DNA of 20,059 nt from Paraspadella gotoi. Lineage: Eukaryota > Animalia > Chaetognatha. The stretch spans positions 1 to 20,059 of the forward strand of contig JBJCIZ010000825.1 of NCBI GenBank assembly GCA_051294375.1. Direction: 5' to 3'. Of the stretch, positions 17,582 to 20,059 are shown piece after piece. Position 1 is the stretch's first letter. The number at the start of each line of letters is the position of its first letter. The notes under the pieces were generated by a model. It was not told the DNA's origin, ran no database searches, and worked only from the letters and a program-made list of their open reading frames with translations. The position numbers were made by a program, and so were the translations under genes.

Positions 17582-20059
17582 AAGGATACCACCAGATACC
17601 CGTAAATCCTGACGACGTAAAGAAAACCGCGGTTATTACACCATTCGGACTCTACGTCTTTCCCCGCTGCCCTTTTGGGCTTAAAAACGCGGGGCAGGAT
17701 TTTCAACGCCTCATGGACGAGATATTGGGCGACATACCACATACATTCGTCTATTTAGATGATATATTGGTTGCCTCGTCCTCGCCGAAGAGCATCTCGA
17801 AGACCTAGACCGCGTCTTTAAGGCGCTTGACGCTAATGGACTCGTAGTGAATACGAAAAAATGTCTGTTAGGCCAAGAATCTCTAGAGTTCCTGGGATTT
17901 CTGGTGGATAAGAACGGCGTGCGTCCTCTCCCCGAACGAGTCAAAACGTTACAAGAAACTACCAGACCTACAACGATCAAGGAACTACAGAGGTTCTTGG
18001 GAATGGTAAATTATTACCGCAGGTTCGTCCCAAAGTAGCGCACCGCTGTGCCCCGCTTTACGAGGCACTAAGCGGTAAACCGAAGATTCTCAACTGGACC
18101 TCTGATTGCGAAAAAGCGTTCGACTCCATCAAAGAAGGCTTAATTCAAGCGGCACTGCCCACCACCCGCGTACAGGTGCACAGCTGTGCATAACTACGAT
18201 GCATCAGATCACGCCGTCGGAGCAGTACTGGAGCAACGCGGGCCCAAAGGATGGGAGCCGCTAGCTTTTTTTTTCTGCAAAACTTGCGAAGAACAGAGAC
18301 TGTGGCCACCATTCGATAGAGAATTATTCGGCGCATTTAGAGCTGTAAGACATTTCCGGCATTGGATCGAGGGACGAAGTTTTACGATCTACACAGACCA
18401 CCAGAGTCTAATCCCAGCTCTAAAGAAAAAATCCGAACCACAAACGGCCCGTCAGGCATATCAATTATCAGTGATAGCTGAATTTACGACCGACATCAGG
18501 TACCTAAAAGGAAAGGCCAACGTAGTCGCGGACGCCTTGTCACGCCCAAACGCCTCGTCAACGCCTACAGCAACTACACATCAACTCGACAAGTCTCCAA
18601 GCCAGTCAAAAACCTTGACGACAGATTCGACCACTCCCGCCCAGGCCCTCGAGCCGCCTGCTGAAATAGCGGTGAAGTCAATCAAACCAGATCGCCTCGA
18701 GGACGTTGAAGCCGTCATAGCTTCATTGACAACCTTCGAGATCAACTTTGAGCAAATGGCGCGTGAACAAAGCCTTGACCCAGATTTTCAGAGAATTTCG
18801 CAAGACGCGAGATCCGGCCTCACCTTTCGAAAGATCCAAGTCGGCAACGAACAACTCTTAGCCGATATATCAAATGGACCAGCCCGTCCCTTCGTTCCAG
18901 CGGCCTGGCGACGGAAAATCTTCGATATCATCCACGGACTCGGACATCCGGGCGTCGACGCAACGCGTAAAGCGATAGCAGCCAAATTCGTCTGGAATAA
19001 CATGAAGCAAGAGGTCACTAAATGGGCCAGAGAATGCACAGATTGCCAGAGAGCAAAAGTTACTAGACATGTTATTCCTGAAATCGGAGAGTTCAAGGTC
19101 CCGCCCAAAAGATTTCAACACGTTAATCTAGATTTAGTTAAAATGCCCACGTCGAACGGATTNNNNNNNNNNCTTACAATCGTAGACCGATTTTCCCGCT
19201 GGCCGACAGCGATCCCGTTAGAAAATACACTAACGACCACAGTGTTAGACGCATTAAGCCATAATTGGATTTGCATTTTCGGGATACCAGCAGTAATCAC
19301 CACGGATCGTGGGACACAGTTTAACTCAGCTCTATGGAAACAGTTAATGAAGCAATGGGGAATAAAACATTCTATGACAACCGCCTACCATCCTTCAAGC
19401 CAATGGTCTTGTAGAGAAGATTTCCATAGGCGATTAGAACAGAATCATTAAGGGCACTCGCAAGAGAAGAAACACAGGACTGGTATTGGAAATTGCCCCT
19501 GACCCTCCTCGCCATCAGGACGACAATTAAAGAAGACATCGGCGCCTCCGCTGCCGACCTAGTCTTCGGCGAGGGAATCAGCGTTCCCGGTAGCATTCTC
19601 GGAGGGATTCAAAACGACGACGCCGACTTACAACGCCAGCGCCAAAATCAACTTTCGAATCTCCGCGTAGAAGTCGCTCGACTACAACCCACCGAGACCT
19701 CTGCTCACAACCGACCAGCCGTTCATCTTCCAGCCAATCTCCAATCAGCCCAATTCGTCTTCGTAAGGCGCGCAGGAATAAACCCACCGTTAGTACCTCC
19801 TTACGAAGGACCTTTTCGAGTTATCAGAAGGAATGGACTTAACATGACCATAGAAATCCCTAGCGTCGGAAGGGAGACGGTGAACATAGCACGCGTCAAA
19901 CCGGCATGGATCGGAGAAGAGGTAGAGGATAACGAGCCAGTGACACGCCCTCGCCGCCAACCAGGTCGCCCACCAGGGCTTAGAACTAAAACGCCGGCGC
20001 CAACAACCCGATTAACGAGATCAGCTAGCCGGCGAGCCGCTCCTCCTCCTCCTCCTCCT
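16766..20059 (+). CDS. pol: Gypsy Pol polyprotein, broken by single-base frameshifts, open to the window end
   Basis: Consecutive reading segments carry PR, RT, RNase H and IN motifs. The -1 frame is open from at least 16739. Frame changes near 17504, 17787, 18034, 18158, 18198 and 19395-19440. Confidence 0.93.
17518..18038 (+). CDS. pol: Pol segment: reverse transcriptase core and thumb (frameshift ~17787)
   Basis: FSKIDLLKGYHQIPV, KTAVITPFGLY, PFGLKNAGQDFQRLMD, YLDD at 17752-17763, KKC...EFLGF, LQRFLGMVNYYRRFVP. Confidence 0.95.
18186..19451 (+). CDS. pol: Pol segment: RNase H, linker, integrase zinc-binding and catalytic core
   Basis: DASDHAVGAVLEQ, DRELF, YTDH, NVVADALSR; HGLGHPG...CTDCQ; HVNLDLV, LTIVDRFSRW, ITTDRGTQF, TTAYHP. 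Confidence 0.95.
   Translation: MHNYDASDHAVGAVLEQRGPKGWEPLAFFFCKTCEEQRLWPPFDRELFGAFRAVRHFRHWIEGRSFTIYTDHQSLIPALKKKSEPQTARQAYQLSVIAEFTTDIRYLKGKANVVADALSRPNASSTPTATTHQLDKSPSQSKTLTTDSTTPAQALEPPAEIAVKSIKPDRLEDVEAVIASLTTFEINFEQMAREQSLDPDFQRISQDARSGLTFRKIQVGNEQLLADISNGPARPFVPAAWRRKIFDIIHGLGHPGVDATRKAIAAKFVWNNMKQEVTKWARECTDCQRAKVTRHVIPEIGEFKVPPKRFQHVNLDLVKMPTSNGXXXXLTIVDRFSRWPTAIPLENTLTTTVLDALSHNWICIFGIPAVITTDRGTQFNSALWKQLMKQWGIKHSMTTAYHPSSQWSCREDFHRRLEQNH
19442..20059 (+). CDS. pol: Pol segment: integrase C-terminus with GPY/F module (absent from the ORF track)
   Basis: Manual translation: ESLRALA...WYWKLPLTLLAIRTT...DLVFGE...FVFVRR...LVPPYEGPFRVI (GPF 19808-19816)...TVNIARVKPAW...RPRRQPGRPPG; no stop before the window end. 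Confidence 0.9.

Larger units (their letters stand above)
15330..20059 (+). mobile_element. Ty3/Gypsy LTR retrotransposon, 3' part outside window; 5' boundary approximate
   Basis: gag followed by pol in the Gypsy domain order protease-RT-RNase H-integrase; ...CCACA-CT-TGG junction at 15488-15497 resembles an LTR end plus PBS. LTR start cannot be fixed without the 3' LTR. Confidence 0.95.

Noticed and set aside
15770-19787. Antisense and alternative-frame ORFs overlapping gag and pol
   Set aside because: Shadows of the real coding frames with no motifs of their own; no env-like ORF seen in the window.

Overview
Eukaryotic (probably invertebrate animal) genomic DNA from an indel-rich, long-read-like assembly. 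Positions 1-15300 are mostly non-coding: (CT/GA)n and (GAC)n microsatellites, 13/18/36-bp minisatellites, a ~3.6-kb non-autonomous Helentron-like (HINE/DINE-1-type) element with an internal tandem array, the end of a second related element, two tRNA-derived SINE-like islands, two promoter-like motif clusters and a few unassignable exon-like fragments. From ~15330 to the window end lies a plus-strand Ty3/Gypsy LTR retrotransposon (PBS-like site, gag, -1 frameshift signal, pol = PR-RT-RNase H-IN), truncated by the window edge. Most short ORFs in the track are microsatellite artefacts. I see no clearly new biological system. The best leads are a ~20-bp-phased cluster of SREBP-like sites, a 36-bp array carrying a hairpin-embedded splice-donor consensus, and unusual features of the Gypsy Pol. 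Family assignments are from motif recall, not searches.
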